From an uncultured Clostridia bacterium (GTDB taxonomy: Bacteria > Bacillota > Clostridia > TANB77 > CAG-508): DNA of 63,802 nucleotides. Location of the stretch: assembly GCA_944388695.1 (NCBI GenBank), contig CALXJT010000003.1, forward strand, positions 1 through 63,802. The letters are read 5' to 3'. The translations under genes were made by a program, and so were the position numbers. The notes under the pieces were generated by a model. The model saw only the letters and a program-made list of their open reading frames with translations, searched no databases and had not been told where the DNA came from. Position 1 is the stretch's first letter, and every line of letters starts with the position of its first letter. Positions 20,381 through 29,870 of this stretch are shown here, one piece after another.

Positions 20381-20896
20381 TTATATTAATAAAATAACTA
20401 TAACTAGTCCCATTGTTGTTCCTAATTTCTGATATAATTTTTGATTTTTTTGTTTTTCTTCTCTTGCTATCACAATTTGCTCTTCTAAAAATTGGTTTGT
20501 TATTTCAATTTGACTAATTTGCCCTTCTGCATCTGTCATACCTAATAATTTCGATAATCTTTTTAAAATTTCTATATCTTCTTCTTTTAAGTTAGTGTTT
20601 TCCTTATTTTCATCTAATGCTTCTTCCCATGCAATTCCTGCACTTTTATTTTTCATCTTTTCGACTGCACTTTTGAATATTTGACCTATATTGTTTCTAC
20701 TATTCTTTGATATGTCTGTAAATATTTCTGGTATGGGGTCATATGTATATTTTATCTTTGTTTTAAATATTTGAATTGCATTTTTTATTTCTTCTAATTC
20801 ATCTACTCTTTCTTTATATCTTTGAGATAACATTCTTCCTATTTTATTTGAGATAAGAAATACAATGATTAGTAATATATATTTGATTATTTGCAA
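20381..20896 (-). CDS. spoIIIAB: stage III sporulation protein AB
   Basis: 171 aa with N- and C-terminal TM helices. Size and position match SpoIIIAB. Confidence 0.85.
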   Translation of the reverse strand: MQIIKYILLIIVFLISNKIGRMLSQRYKERVDELEEIKNAIQIFKTKIKYTYDPIPEIFTDISKNSRNNIGQIFKSAVEKMKNKSAGIAWEEALDENKENTNLKEEDIEILKRLSKLLGMTDAEGQISQIEITNQFLEEQIVIAREEKQKNQKLYQKLGTTMGLVIVILLI

Positions 20897-21172
20897 TTTT
20901 TATCTTCCTTGTTTATTATATTTAGGTTTTTTAGGTTCCTATAAACCTTTATTATGATAACTTTTTGATATGTGTTTTTTTACCTGAAAGTATGTCCACG
21001 ATTGTTTTAGTTTAAAATATTTATTTGGTATTTTATTTAATATTTATCTAGTATTTATTTATACGAATTTCTACATTTATTTTCATTTATTTTCATTTAT
21101 TTTTATATGTATATTTATTTTTATTTTAATATATTCATCTTTTTTTATTTTAGAACTTGATATGTAACAAAT

Positions 21173-21262
21173 TTTATATTTTTATATTTTTATATTTTTA
21201 TATTTTTATATTTTTATATTTCTATATTTTTGTATTTTTTTATTTCTATATTTCTGTATTTT
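21173..21262. repeat. 8-bp AT microsatellite (ATATTTTT)n within the spoIIIAA-spoIIIAB gap
   Basis: About 9 to 11 consecutive units with a few substitutions (ATATTTCT, GTATTTTT). Confidence 0.8.
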
Positions 21263-21316
21263 TATTTTTCTTATATTTTTTTATGTTTTATTAAATTGTT
21301 TTTATCTCATTTTTTG

Positions 21317-22192
21317 TTATGGCAAAAAAAATATTTTTTGTATTATTTTATTTTCTATTAGTTCTCCAACTTCTTTGCGATTTTTTATATCTTCTAAATT
21401 TTCTCCATGCATTGTAAATATTCCTTTTACTCCAGAACATATTGCCAATTTTATTGCCTCTACATCCTCTTTTGTTCCTATTTCATCACAAGCTATTATT
21501 TCTGGTGACATAGAACGTATAAGCATTATTATGCCTTGGGATTTTGAAACATTTTCTATTATATCTGTTCTTATTCCTATATCATTTTGCGGGATTCCAT
21601 GGAAACATGCTGCTATTTCTCCTCTTTCATCAACCACTCCACAATTTTTTCCGTTTAAACCTATTTCTACTGCTCCATTACTTATTTGTCTTATTATGTC
21701 TCGTAATATTGTTGTTTTTCCTCTTCCTGGTGGAGAAACTATTATTGAATTATATATTGTGTCTTTTTCTTGACATATCATTTGTCTTAAAATATTTGTT
21801 CCACATCCTTTTATTTCTCTTGCAATTCTAAAATTTAAACTTGATATGTATTTTATATTTATTATTTTTCCATCTTCTATTACTCCTGTTCCTGTAACTC
21901 CTATTCTATGTCCTCCTTTTACTGTTATATATCCTTCACTTATTTGATTTTTGTAAGCATATATTGAATTTTCACAAATTCTTTCTAATATTTGTAGTAT
22001 CTCTTTTTCTGTGATTTTGTAATCTATTATTAAATCTGCTTGTCTTAACTTTAGTATTATTGACCTTGATACTCTTATTCTTATTTCTTGTATATCATTT
22101 GTTTCTAGTTTGCCTGCATTTGTCGATGTTTCTAAAAATTTTTTTATAATTTTATTTATCTCTTCTGGAAAATATTTTAATATTTCTTCCAT
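21317..22192 (-). CDS. spoIIIAA: stage III sporulation protein AA (ATPase)
   Basis: Walker A SPPGRGKTTILRDIIRQ and Walker B IIACDEIG. First gene of the cluster. Confidence 0.9.
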   Translation of the reverse strand: MEEILKYFPEEINKIIKKFLETSTNAGKLETNDIQEIRIRVSRSIILKLRQADLIIDYKITEKEILQILERICENSIYAYKNQISEGYITVKGGHRIGVTGTGVIEDGKIINIKYISSLNFRIAREIKGCGTNILRQMICQEKDTIYNSIIVSPPGRGKTTILRDIIRQISNGAVEIGLNGKNCGVVDERGEIAACFHGIPQNDIGIRTDIIENVSKSQGIIMLIRSMSPEIIACDEIGTKEDVEAIKLAICSGVKGIFTMHGENLEDIKNRKEVGELIENKIIQKIFFLP

Positions 22193-22214
22193 TTATTATT
22201 TCCTCTTTTCTAGT

Positions 22215-22366
22215 GGTCATTTGGGGACGGGTACCAATTGACTATTTTTTCTTTTTGGTTATTTGGGGACGGGTACCAATTAGCCATTTTTTTCTTTTTG
22301 GCCATTTGGGGACGGGTACCAATTAGCCATTTTTTTGGGTCATTTAAGAATGGGTATCAATTGACC
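22215..22366. repeat. four tandem copies of the 29-bp G+C-rich palindromic family A element
   Basis: GGTCATTTGGGGACGGGTACCAATTGACT (22215), GGTTATTTGGGGACGGGTACCAATTAGCC (22257), GGCCATTTGGGGACGGGTACCAATTAGCC (22300), GGTCATTTAAGAATGGGTATCAATTGACC (22338). Each is followed by a T-run on the plus strand. Confidence 0.85.
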
Positions 22367-22582
22367 ATTTTCTTTTTTGTAATATTGGTATATTAACTTT
22401 TATTACATTGTAAAAAATAAAAATGATTGATTTAATAATTTGTAATAATTTTTTGGAAATTACTACTAATTATTTAAATCAATCATATTATATTCCGACT
22501 TTTTATTTTTAGAACCTTTTTTACTTTTTATTCTTCTATTTTTTCTTGTTGTTTTTTATAATCGTTTGTTTTTAGTTTGTTT

Positions 22583-23080
22583 TTATAATCCGAATTTTTT
22601 CGCTTCTTCATAATTTTCTAAAATATCTTCTTCAGTTAATGCTACTCCATATATTGCAAAATTATATATTTTTCCTGTGAATTTTAAGTTTCTTCCAACC
22701 CTCAAATCTCCTATTGTTACATATTTATACGTAAACTTTTCATCTCCTGATTGAAATGTTTTTATGAGTTCTCCATTAATATATACTTTTGTTTCTTTTC
22801 CTCTTTCTCCAATAACTTGTATATTCATTTTTTTGTCAACATATTTAGATATATCTATACTTATAAATCCCTGCATTGAGCTTTCATAATCATAATTCGC
22901 TTTAGGTCCACTTTTATATGAGTATACATGCATATATCCTTTATAAAATCCTATCCAACACATATATTTATTTTGTTCATCTGATAATGCTACTATTGTT
23001 GATGGATAGTTTTGATTGGTACTATTACTTTGATAGATATCTCCTTCTATGGTTATATTTATTGAAAAACTTTTGCCCAA
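22583..23080 (-). CDS. LamG/concanavalin-like lectin domain protein fragment (probable C-terminal part of the upstream gene)
   Basis: ...MNIQVIGERGKETKVYINGELI...KIYNFAIYGVALTEEDI resembles LamG-type jelly-roll domains. It has no ATG start and no RBS, and overlaps 23059..23916 in the -1 frame. Confidence 0.5.
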   Translation of the reverse strand: MGKSFSINITIEGDIYQSNSTNQNYPSTIVALSDEQNKYMCWIGFYKGYMHVYSYKSGPKANYDYESSMQGFISIDISKYVDKKMNIQVIGERGKETKVYINGELIKTFQSGDEKFTYKYVTIGDLRVGRNLKFTGKIYNFAIYGVALTEEDILENYEEAKKFGL

Positions 23081-23916
23081 CTTCCATAAATCTCTCCTTC
23101 ATAAAGAGATACTGAATATAAATTTCCATAATTTTGTCCATCTTTTTTTGAGCCTGTATCTACATATGTTATTGCATTTGTTAATTTGAAGTTATTATCT
23201 TGAAATGTATGAACTGATACTTCTGCTTGATACATAATCATTCCATTTATGCTTAAAACATATCCAGTATCATAATTTACTAAGTATGGTGCATGTGTGC
23301 TATCTTCTATTCCTAATTTTTCTAATTGACTTCCGTAAGTGTTATTTAATTTTTCGTCTTCTGTGTAATTTCCTATTAGATACCATCCTGTACGGTAAGT
23401 TTTATCTTCTATTTGTATTTCATCTGGAAAATCTGATGTTGATAATTCTCTTCCTATTCTATTTGTTTTATTTTCATTTACTTTGTCTTCTAATATTCCT
23501 AATTCAATATAATATGCAAATTCTTCTTCTGTCATATTTAAAACTATATATCCATGTTTTTTTGCTGCTTTTGATATTTCATCATTTTCGTTTCCTAAAT
23601 ATACTGGTTCTTCTCTATATAGCCCTAATTTATTTTTATATTTCTCATCTATATCCGGATATTTTTCATTAAATTCTTCTATTGTAAGATATCTTACTAT
23701 TTCTTGTTCCTCATTAAAAAATTGTCCATATTCTATTTCTTCTTCTATTGATGTGACTTCTGATTCTAGTTTTGCATCTGTTGCTTGTGTTAATATTCCA
23801 TTTTTTCCAGATAATGAAGAAATGCTTACTCCTGCAAGGATTATTAATACTATTATTGTGATTACTAAAACTATTAAAGTTATCCCTTTTTCTTTTTTTA
23901 TCTTTTGACTTTTCAT
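23059..23916 (-). CDS. secreted/anchored protein with prepilin-like N-terminal hydrophobic segment
   Basis: N-terminus MKSQKIKKEKGITLIVLVITIIVLIILAGVSISSLSGKNGIL resembles a type IV prepilin leader plus helix but lacks Glu+5. AAAGGAGA RBS. Confidence 0.6.
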   Translation of the reverse strand: MKSQKIKKEKGITLIVLVITIIVLIILAGVSISSLSGKNGILTQATDAKLESEVTSIEEEIEYGQFFNEEQEIVRYLTIEEFNEKYPDIDEKYKNKLGLYREEPVYLGNENDEISKAAKKHGYIVLNMTEEEFAYYIELGILEDKVNENKTNRIGRELSTSDFPDEIQIEDKTYRTGWYLIGNYTEDEKLNNTYGSQLEKLGIEDSTHAPYLVNYDTGYVLSINGMIMYQAEVSVHTFQDNNFKLTNAITYVDTGSKKDGQNYGNLYSVSLYEGEIYGSWAKVFQ

Positions 23917-24182
23917 GTAAATTCTCCTTTTTATATTTATATTTTTTGAAATTTTATCAAATTATCGAATTAAATACAAATATTTTTATTGGTTTTATGT
24001 AAATATTTTGTAAGCATTTTACAATAATTATACATTATATATTAAAATGTTTTATATTTTTTTATATTTAATAAAAAATTTTATTAATCTTTATTCAATA
24101 CTATTATTAGCTTGATTTTTTATTGTTTTACTATATGAGAAAAGTAGCTTTGTAAACTCATACAAAACTACTTTTTCTCTCA

Positions 24183-24383
24183 TCAACTTAAAATCATAAT
24201 AATTATGATAATTATAACTATTAATGATATAAGTGCCCGTGCAGCTTGTTTACTCATCCCTGTTGAGCTATTTAATAGTGAAACCATTCCTTCATATAAA
24301 AATATGAATATTGGTTTTAAAATTGCCCAAAAAAGTTTGAATATTAGTGCAACAAAAAGGATAATTAAAAATACTACCCACAT
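24183..24383 (-). CDS. small two-TM membrane protein (66 aa), hypothetical
   Basis: Hydrophobic ORF with AGAAGGAGAAAAAA upstream; in-frame CGG at codon 49. Confidence 0.35.
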   Translation of the reverse strand: MWVVFLIILFVALIFKLFWAILKPIFIFLYEGMVSLLNSSTGMSKQAARALISLIVIIIIIIMILS

Positions 24384-24883
24384 ATTTTTTCTCCTTCTCT
24401 TTTTTATCTATGTTTACTGCTACCTGTTTATTATACCATTATTTTTTCGTCTTTTCAATGTTATGTATACTTTTTGTGTTTTTTTATTCTACATTTTTAA
24501 TTTTATACTTCTTATTTTTATTTTTTGTCTTATACTTTTATTTCTTTTTATGACATACCCATTATAAATATATGGAATATACTTTAAAAATTCTTTATGA
24601 ACTTATTTAATTATTTTGAATTTATTAAAAATCTTATTTCTTCTTCGAAAAATTTATAATTCTTTATATTAATTGTCAAAATTCCTATTTAAAATTAGAT
24701 TTATTAAATTTTCTATTTAAATTTGTGATTAATAATTTTTATACTTCTAATTTATACCTATGCTTATTTTTTATTTTAAAAATTTTTAAAAATTTTTAAA
24801 TAAACTATTGACCGACAGCTACTACCGACTAGTATAATTTGACTATAAGATTTATTTTATATAATATTAAGGAGGTGAAATAT

Positions 24884-25522
24884 ATGAATAAAAAAGTAAT
24901 CTTATGGATTTCAGCGATTCTTATAATTTTAATTGTAGGTGTAGTTATTTTTTTATCTGTACAAAATACTACCAGTTCGTCTACTGTAAATAATGCTTCT
25001 TCTAATGATATTTCATCAAATGATAATACAAATCCAATAAAAAGTGGTGATACTAATATCTTAATAGCATATTATTCAAATTCAGGAAATACAAAAGCAA
25101 TGGCTGAAGAAATACAGAATCAAACAGGTGCAGATATTTTTAAAATAACTCGTGTTTCTGAATATTCAAATTTGACTGAAGAAGAAAAATCAGAAATAGA
25201 TAATAATGAAAGACCTGAAGTTGCAAATATGCCTGAAAATCTTGATAAATATGACACTATATTTATTGGTTATCCAATTTGGAATTCTGATTTACCACCA
25301 ATTATTAATACTTTTTTAGAAAAATATAATTTTGATGGAAAAACAGTAATTCCATTTTGTACACATGGCGGTTCAGGTTTAGCAGGAACTCAACGTACAA
25401 TAGCGAATAAATTGTCTAATAGTACAGTTATTACAAATGCTTTTTCACTTTCTAGAACTATGATGGAAACTGCATCAACAGAAGTTGAATCTTGGTTAAA
25501 GGAAATTAATGTAATAAATTAA
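24884..25522 (+). CDS. membrane-anchored flavodoxin-like protein
   Basis: Start at ATG 24884, behind AAGGAGGTG. ILIAYYSNSGNTKAMAE...YDTIFIGYPIWNSDLPP...IPFCTHGGSG is a flavodoxin-fold signature. Confidence 0.75.
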   Translation: MNKKVILWISAILIILIVGVVIFLSVQNTTSSSTVNNASSNDISSNDNTNPIKSGDTNILIAYYSNSGNTKAMAEEIQNQTGADIFKITRVSEYSNLTEEEKSEIDNNERPEVANMPENLDKYDTIFIGYPIWNSDLPPIINTFLEKYNFDGKTVIPFCTHGGSGLAGTQRTIANKLSNSTVITNAFSLSRTMMETASTEVESWLKEINVIN

Positions 25523-25646
25523 ATTCCTCTATTTTCCCAAAAACACTACACAAAATGAAAAAATTGTGTTAAAATATGGATAGTGTTGTTTTTATTAAGT
25601 CATCTAAAGTGACTTAATACTAAAATTTTAAAGGAGGGAATAAGAA

Positions 25647-26366
25647 ATGTCAGGACATTCAAAATGGCATAATATACAAGCCAAAAAAGGGAAAGCTGAC
25701 GCAGCTAGAGGAAAAATATTTACTAAATTAGGTAGAGAGTTATTAATTGCAGTAAAAGAAGGTGGACCTGATCCCGCTGGTAATTCTAAATTAAAAAATG
25801 TTATTGCAAAATGTAAGGCAGCTAATATGCCTAATGATACTATAAATAATGCTATTAAAAAAGCATCTTCAAGTAATGAAAATTATGAAGAAATTGTATA
25901 TGAAGGATATGGTCCAAATGGTGTAGCTATTATTGTACAAGCTGCTACTGATAATAAAAATAGAACTGCAGCTGATGTAAGACATGTTTTTGATAAATCT
26001 GGTGGAAATTTGGGAACTACTGGTTGTGTTTCATACATGTTTAATAAAAAAGGTGTTATCATAATAGAAAAAGAATCTACAGATATGAGTGAAGATGATT
26101 TAATGATGCTAGCTTTAGATGCTGGAGCTGAAGATTTTTCTAGTGAAGATGAGATTTACCAAATTATTACTGAACCAAATGATTTCTCTGTTGTGAGAGA
26201 AAAACTAGAAGAGTCTGGTTTAGAATTTTTAGAGGCAGATGTTCAAATGGTTCCTACTACTACAGTCTCTTTAGATGAAAAAGGTCAAGAAAAGATGGAA
26301 CGTCTTTTAGAAAAACTAGATGAATTAGATGATGTTTCAAATGTTTATCATAACTGGGCTGAATAA
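25647..26366 (+). CDS. yebC: YebC/PmpR family DNA-binding transcriptional regulator
   Basis: [31 protein letters not shown]... is the canonical YebC N-terminus. AAAGGAGGG RBS. Confidence 0.95.
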   Translation: MSGHSKWHNIQAKKGKADAARGKIFTKLGRELLIAVKEGGPDPAGNSKLKNVIAKCKAANMPNDTINNAIKKASSSNENYEEIVYEGYGPNGVAIIVQAATDNKNRTAADVRHVFDKSGGNLGTTGCVSYMFNKKGVIIIEKESTDMSEDDLMMLALDAGAEDFSSEDEIYQIITEPNDFSVVREKLEESGLEFLEADVQMVPTTTVSLDEKGQEKMERLLEKLDELDDVSNVYHNWAE

Positions 26367-26765
26367 GTTAAAATATTTTTTCATAAATTATTTTGAATTA
26401 TTTTGATTTGTTTAGCTATATACATAAAAAATCAAATAATATTTAATTAATCTAATATTAAATATTATTTGATTTTTTTATTTTATCATCTTACTTAACC
26501 TAACTCAATATTTTATCAAGATTAATTCCTTATCTTATTCAATATTGTTAATATTTTATTCTATATTGTTAATATTTCATTCAATATTATTTCATTCAAT
26601 ATTACTTCAATCTTAATATTAATTTCTCAATTAACATCATTTTCTTCGATTATGCTTTTCCAACATAATTTACTCTTTTTTGCTTTATGTATTTAACTAT
26701 CTTCTATATGAAGTACTGTTTGACTACCTTCATACGAATTATTTACGCGTTAACTATATATATTC

Positions 26766-28310
26766 TTATATGCACAATTTTTCAATACTAACAACCCTAG
26801 TTGCTAAATCTCTATAAAAAGCCTCTTCATGAGATACAAGTATTACTGTTCCATCAAATTCTCTTAATGCTTTTTTCAATTCTTCTTTTGTATCCATATC
26901 CAAATGATTTGTTGGTTCATCTAATATTAAAATATTACATGGGGTTAGTGTTAATTTGCATAATTTTACTTTTGCCTGCTCTCCTCCACTTAAGGTTGAT
27001 ATTTCTTGCATAACATGTTCTTTTTTTATTGCACAATCTGCAAGATGTTTTCTAACTTGTTTTTGAAACATATTCGGAAATGCTCTTGATATTATATTTA
27101 ATGGTGTATCTTCTGGATTTTCCCATTTTAAATCTTGTTCATAATACCCTATTTTCTTTATTGTATCAGAAAATCTAAATCCTCCTGAAATTGCTGGTAT
27201 CTCTCCCATAAGTGTTTTTAGTAAAGTAGATTTCCCTATTCCATTAAATCCTGTTATTACTAGTTTTTCTTTATCTTGTACTGTAAACTTCATTTTTGGT
27301 AATAATGGATAATAATATCCTACTTCCAATTGATTAACTTCTAATATGACTTGAGCTGTATTTGGTATACTTGTAAAATGAATATGTGGCTTGCTTGTAA
27401 AAGTTGGCTTCTCTATCTTTTCCATCTTTTCTAGTTTTTTCTCTCTACTTTTGGCCATTTGAGCAGTTGATGCTCTTACTTTATTTTTTGCAATATAATC
27501 TTCTAATTTTTTTATTTCTTTTTGCTGTGCTTCATATTGTCTAATATATTCTTCTCTTAATGAACCTTTCTGCTTTAAAAAGCTTGAGTAATTTCCTTTA
27601 TATTTTTTTATTGTGTTGAACTCAATATCACAAATACATGTTGATACTTTATCTAAAAATTCAAAGTCATGTGATACTATTATGAATGCACCTTTAAATG
27701 TTTGTAAGTACTCTGATAACCATTCAACATGTTCTTTATCTAAAAAGTTTGTTGGCTCGTCTAATATTAAAACTTCTGGGTTTTGTAATAATAATTTTGC
27801 TAATATTACTTTTGCCCTTTGACCTCCACTTAAATTTTTTAATATTGTTTCTAATCCCATTGCTGTAATTCCTAGACCACTTGCAACTTTTTGTATCGTA
27901 CTGTCTATACCATAAAAATTATTCTCATCTAATATTTTTTGATATTTATCTACTTTTTTTATAATTTCATCTGTGTATTCATTTGCCATTCTTTCGTATA
28001 GTTCATTTAAATTTTTTTCTATATTATATAACTCTTTAAATGCTGTTCTTAAGTAATCGAAGATTGTTGATTCTTCATCTACTATTGCATATTGGTCTAA
28101 ACTACCTATTGTAATATTATTTTGCCATTTTATCATTCCTTTGTCTGGTAATACTTCTTTTAATAATATTTTTATTAATGTACTTTTTCCCGCACCATTT
28201 TGACCTACAATGCCCATGTGTTCACCTTTATATAATGTGAATGACGAATTTTTATATAGTACTTTATCTGAATATGTGTGAGATAAGTTTTCAACTTCTA
28301 ATAAAGCCAT
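26766..28310 (-). CDS. ABC-F family ATPase (two ABC domains, no TMD)
   Basis: Two Walker A motifs (GQNGAGKST, GFNGIGKST), two LSGG signatures and a charged inter-domain linker. Confidence 0.85.
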   Translation of the reverse strand: MALLEVENLSHTYSDKVLYKNSSFTLYKGEHMGIVGQNGAGKSTLIKILLKEVLPDKGMIKWQNNITIGSLDQYAIVDEESTIFDYLRTAFKELYNIEKNLNELYERMANEYTDEIIKKVDKYQKILDENNFYGIDSTIQKVASGLGITAMGLETILKNLSGGQRAKVILAKLLLQNPEVLILDEPTNFLDKEHVEWLSEYLQTFKGAFIIVSHDFEFLDKVSTCICDIEFNTIKKYKGNYSSFLKQKGSLREEYIRQYEAQQKEIKKLEDYIAKNKVRASTAQMAKSREKKLEKMEKIEKPTFTSKPHIHFTSIPNTAQVILEVNQLEVGYYYPLLPKMKFTVQDKEKLVITGFNGIGKSTLLKTLMGEIPAISGGFRFSDTIKKIGYYEQDLKWENPEDTPLNIISRAFPNMFQKQVRKHLADCAIKKEHVMQEISTLSGGEQAKVKLCKLTLTPCNILILDEPTNHLDMDTKEELKKALREFDGTVILVSHEEAFYRDLATRVVSIEKLCI

Positions 28311-28415
28311 TTTTCCTCTTTTTCCTTTCTGTAAATTAACTTTTTTATTCTTTTTATAAAAATACCCCTCTAAAGATTTACTTTAGAGAGGTGTTTTCGA
28401 AATGTTGTATATATT

Positions 28416-29156
28416 TTACATTAAAGATAATTGCATAGCTTTTGTTTGTAGTTCTTGAACTAATTGGTTATATTCATTTAATTCTTGTGTATTATAGAAT
28501 AATAATTGACCATCCTCTGAAACCCATCCATCTTGATGTTCTATTAAATAATCATATGTAGCTAATAAAGCGTCAAATACATCTATTATTTTCTCTTTAT
28601 TTTCAGTCATTTCTGCTTGAATTTCTTGTAAGTCACCTTCAATATTTTCTCCCATTAGCTTTTTATATATATCTACATATTTTTGTGATAAATTTTCCTT
28701 TGCTATTTCATTATCTATATACTCTTGTGATGTCATTTCTGTTAATATATCTATTTCTTGACTTAAATCATTTTTATATTGTTCTATTTCATTTCTTTGT
28801 GCCTCTAGTTGATCTTTTTCTGTTGATGTTTCAAATTCAGTTAAACTTTGTGATATATCTGTAATATTTTTTATTGTATCTGAATATGTTTGTAAATAAT
28901 TTTTTATTGTTCTCTCAACTTTTGCATAATCTCCTGTTGTTTTTATTTCTGTGTTATATTCATCTTGACCTACTACTTTTTGGCTTAATACTCCTACTTC
29001 ATCTAATAAGATTATTTGTTGTCTAGCATCTAGGAATTTAACAACTATAATTCCTACTATAATTGCTATAACTAGTATCACTGCAATAACTATTGCGACT
29101 ACTTTTTTAGTGTTCTTTTTCTTTCCTTCATTTTCTTGTACATTTTCTTTTTTCAT
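28416..29156 (-). CDS. membrane-anchored coiled-coil protein, hypothetical
   Basis: Single N-terminal TM (VVAIVIAVILVIAIIVGIIVV), then Glu/Gln-rich helical sequence. Confidence 0.5.
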   Translation of the reverse strand: MKKENVQENEGKKKNTKKVVAIVIAVILVIAIIVGIIVVKFLDARQQIILLDEVGVLSQKVVGQDEYNTEIKTTGDYAKVERTIKNYLQTYSDTIKNITDISQSLTEFETSTEKDQLEAQRNEIEQYKNDLSQEIDILTEMTSQEYIDNEIAKENLSQKYVDIYKKLMGENIEGDLQEIQAEMTENKEKIIDVFDALLATYDYLIEHQDGWVSEDGQLLFYNTQELNEYNQLVQELQTKAMQLSLM

Positions 29157-29279
29157 TTTTAAAAACCCCCTTTTTCAGGATTATATCATTTGAATTTAAT
29201 CTGCACAATAGCTTTTTGATTTTTTCATCTATTTTTTGATTTTTTCAATTTTATCGACTTTTATTCCTCATCTTATTTG

Positions 29280-29555
29280 CTATTTAATATTTTTATCCTT
29301 TATTGCAACTAATACTTCATTACTTTCTACTTTTTTTGCTTTTCCTTGATATTCATATTCTTCTTTTTCTCTATAAATATTATATCCATTGTTGATTAAA
29401 TAGTTTGTCACTAATTCTAATACTTTTTCTAATTCTTCTGGAGATAAATTTTGCTTTACTCTCATCTCGTAATATGTAAATACAATTTTGTCTTCATTTT
29501 TATTTCTTTTTTCTTCAATTATTTCTGTAAGGTCTTCTAATGTCATATGATACAC
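29280..29555 (-). CDS. hypothetical protein (91 aa)
   Basis: ORF with AAAGAGGTG RBS; no recognisable domain. Confidence 0.45.
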   Translation of the reverse strand: MYHMTLEDLTEIIEEKRNKNEDKIVFTYYEMRVKQNLSPEELEKVLELVTNYLINNGYNIYREKEEYEYQGKAKKVESNEVLVAIKDKNIK

Positions 29556-29870
29556 CTCTTTACTTTTTTATTGCTTTTTAGCTTTTTCTAGTATATCACA
29601 TAAAACAATTATTCGCAATATTTTTTTGATAATTTTAATAAATAAGTGACTAATATTGGACAGATTAGAAAGATTATTAATTTGTATTTAAAAATATTTC
29701 ATTTATATTTTTATTATTAATATAATTTTTGCCAATTTGGGTATATTAAATTTAACTAATCAAAAAAAATAAATTAATATATGAATTTCTTTTTTACAAA
29801 TTTTCTGTTTAGAATTTAAATTATAATTAAAAACTAGTATTTCTTATTCTTATCAAAAAGGAGGTATTAT

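Noticed and set aside
29556-29870. Expected a Mg2+ (M-box) riboswitch or leader peptide upstream of mgtA.
   Set aside because: The region is plain AT-rich sequence without the conserved G+C-rich M-box helices that I can recognise. A covariance-model scan would be needed to be certain.
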